Below, piece after piece: positions 16,494-16,801 of a DNA stretch of 16,801 nucleotides (position 1 is the stretch's first letter; each line of letters opens with the position of its first letter). The notes below the pieces were generated by a model, which was not told where the DNA came from, ran no database searches, and saw only the letters and a program-made list of their open reading frames with translations. This DNA comes from an uncultured Bacteriovoracaceae bacterium (GTDB taxonomy: Bacteria; Bdellovibrionota; Bacteriovoracia; Bacteriovoracales; Bacteriovoracaceae). A program made the position numbers and the translations under genes. The stretch lies in contig CAXGUD010000067.1 of NCBI GenBank assembly GCA_964012805.1, positions 1-16,801 of the forward strand, written 5' to 3'.

Positions 16494-16801
16494 TTGAAAA
16501 ATATTAAACTTTTATTTTTGTTGCTAGCTTTTATTTCTAGTTACAACACTTATTCCCATGGTGGAGGAAAAGTCGGTATTGCTGACGTAAGGTTCCATAT
16601 ACCTGTTCACATTGGTTTTGATGGGCACACGGAATGGGGAATCGGTTTACATGGTGGAGAACATGAACACAGCGGGCACGGCGGAAACCACAACCATGGA
16701 AACAACCGTGACAATGATAACAACGTTGAAATAGACATCCTCGGTGGCGTCGATGACCCAGGTTCACACCACGATCACGATGGTCACCATGATCACGATG
16801 G
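16494..16801 (+). CDS. Histidine-rich secreted protein, partial (runs off the right edge), probably metal-binding
   Basis: GGAGG RBS (16483-16487) and TTG start. My translation: MKNIKLLFLLLAFISSYNTYS|HGGGKVGIADVRFHIPVHIGFDGHTEWGIGLHGGEHEHSGHGGNHNHGNNRDNDNNVEIDILGGVDDPGSHHDHDGHHDHD(G). It has a Sec signal and 16 His in 102 codons. Absent from the ORF track. Confidence 0.85.
   Translation, partial: MKNIKLLFLLLAFISSYNTYSHGGGKVGIADVRFHIPVHIGFDGHTEWGIGLHGGEHEHSGHGGNHNHGNNRDNDNNVEIDILGGVDDPGSHHDHDGHHDHD
16767..16801 (+). repeat. 18-bp coding tandem repeat (HHDHDG)n, at least about 2 copies, cut by the window edge
   Basis: CACCACGATCACGATGGT (16767-16784) followed by CACCATGATCACGATGG (16785-16801), with one synonymous difference. 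Confidence 0.8.

Noticed and set aside
16537..16767. 76-aa Cys/His-rich minus-strand ORF resembling a metallothionein or RiPP precursor
   Set aside because: It is the antisense shadow of the plus-strand His-rich gene, which has the RBS, signal peptide and coherent composition.
1..16801. CRISPR array, IS element, integrase, tRNA or rRNA
   Set aside because: I saw no spaced direct repeats, transposase or integrase motifs, or structural RNA signatures. The only tandem repeat noticed is the coding 18-mer at the right edge.

Overview
AT-rich bacterial chromosomal window, nearly all coding, with no rRNA, tRNA, CRISPR or mobile element recognised. From left to right it holds: a 5'-truncated alpha/beta-hydrolase remnant, a GST-like gene and a CFA/coclaurine-N-methyltransferase-like gene (all minus strand); a divergent 1250-aa gene fusing a complete NodU/CmcH/TobZ-type O-carbamoyltransferase to an NPPF-type SAM N-methyltransferase; a START/SRPBCC-like protein; a small secreted hypothetical; a convergent molybdoenzyme module (xdhC-mocA-like facing iorB-iorA-like, the large subunit with a Tat signal and lipobox); a 7TM-DISM sensor fused to Hpt and CheA-type ATPase domains without CheW; a membrane-anchored alpha/beta hydrolase; and the start of a His-rich secreted protein missed by the ORF track. 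The carbamoyltransferase-methyltransferase fusion is the most notable feature and may be a one-polypeptide N-methylcarbamate-forming or peptide-modifying enzyme (inference). Composition and the DISM-Hpt-CheA architecture suggest Bdellovibrionota (Bacteriovoracaceae-like), which is unverified. All calls come from motif reading by eye; no searches were run.
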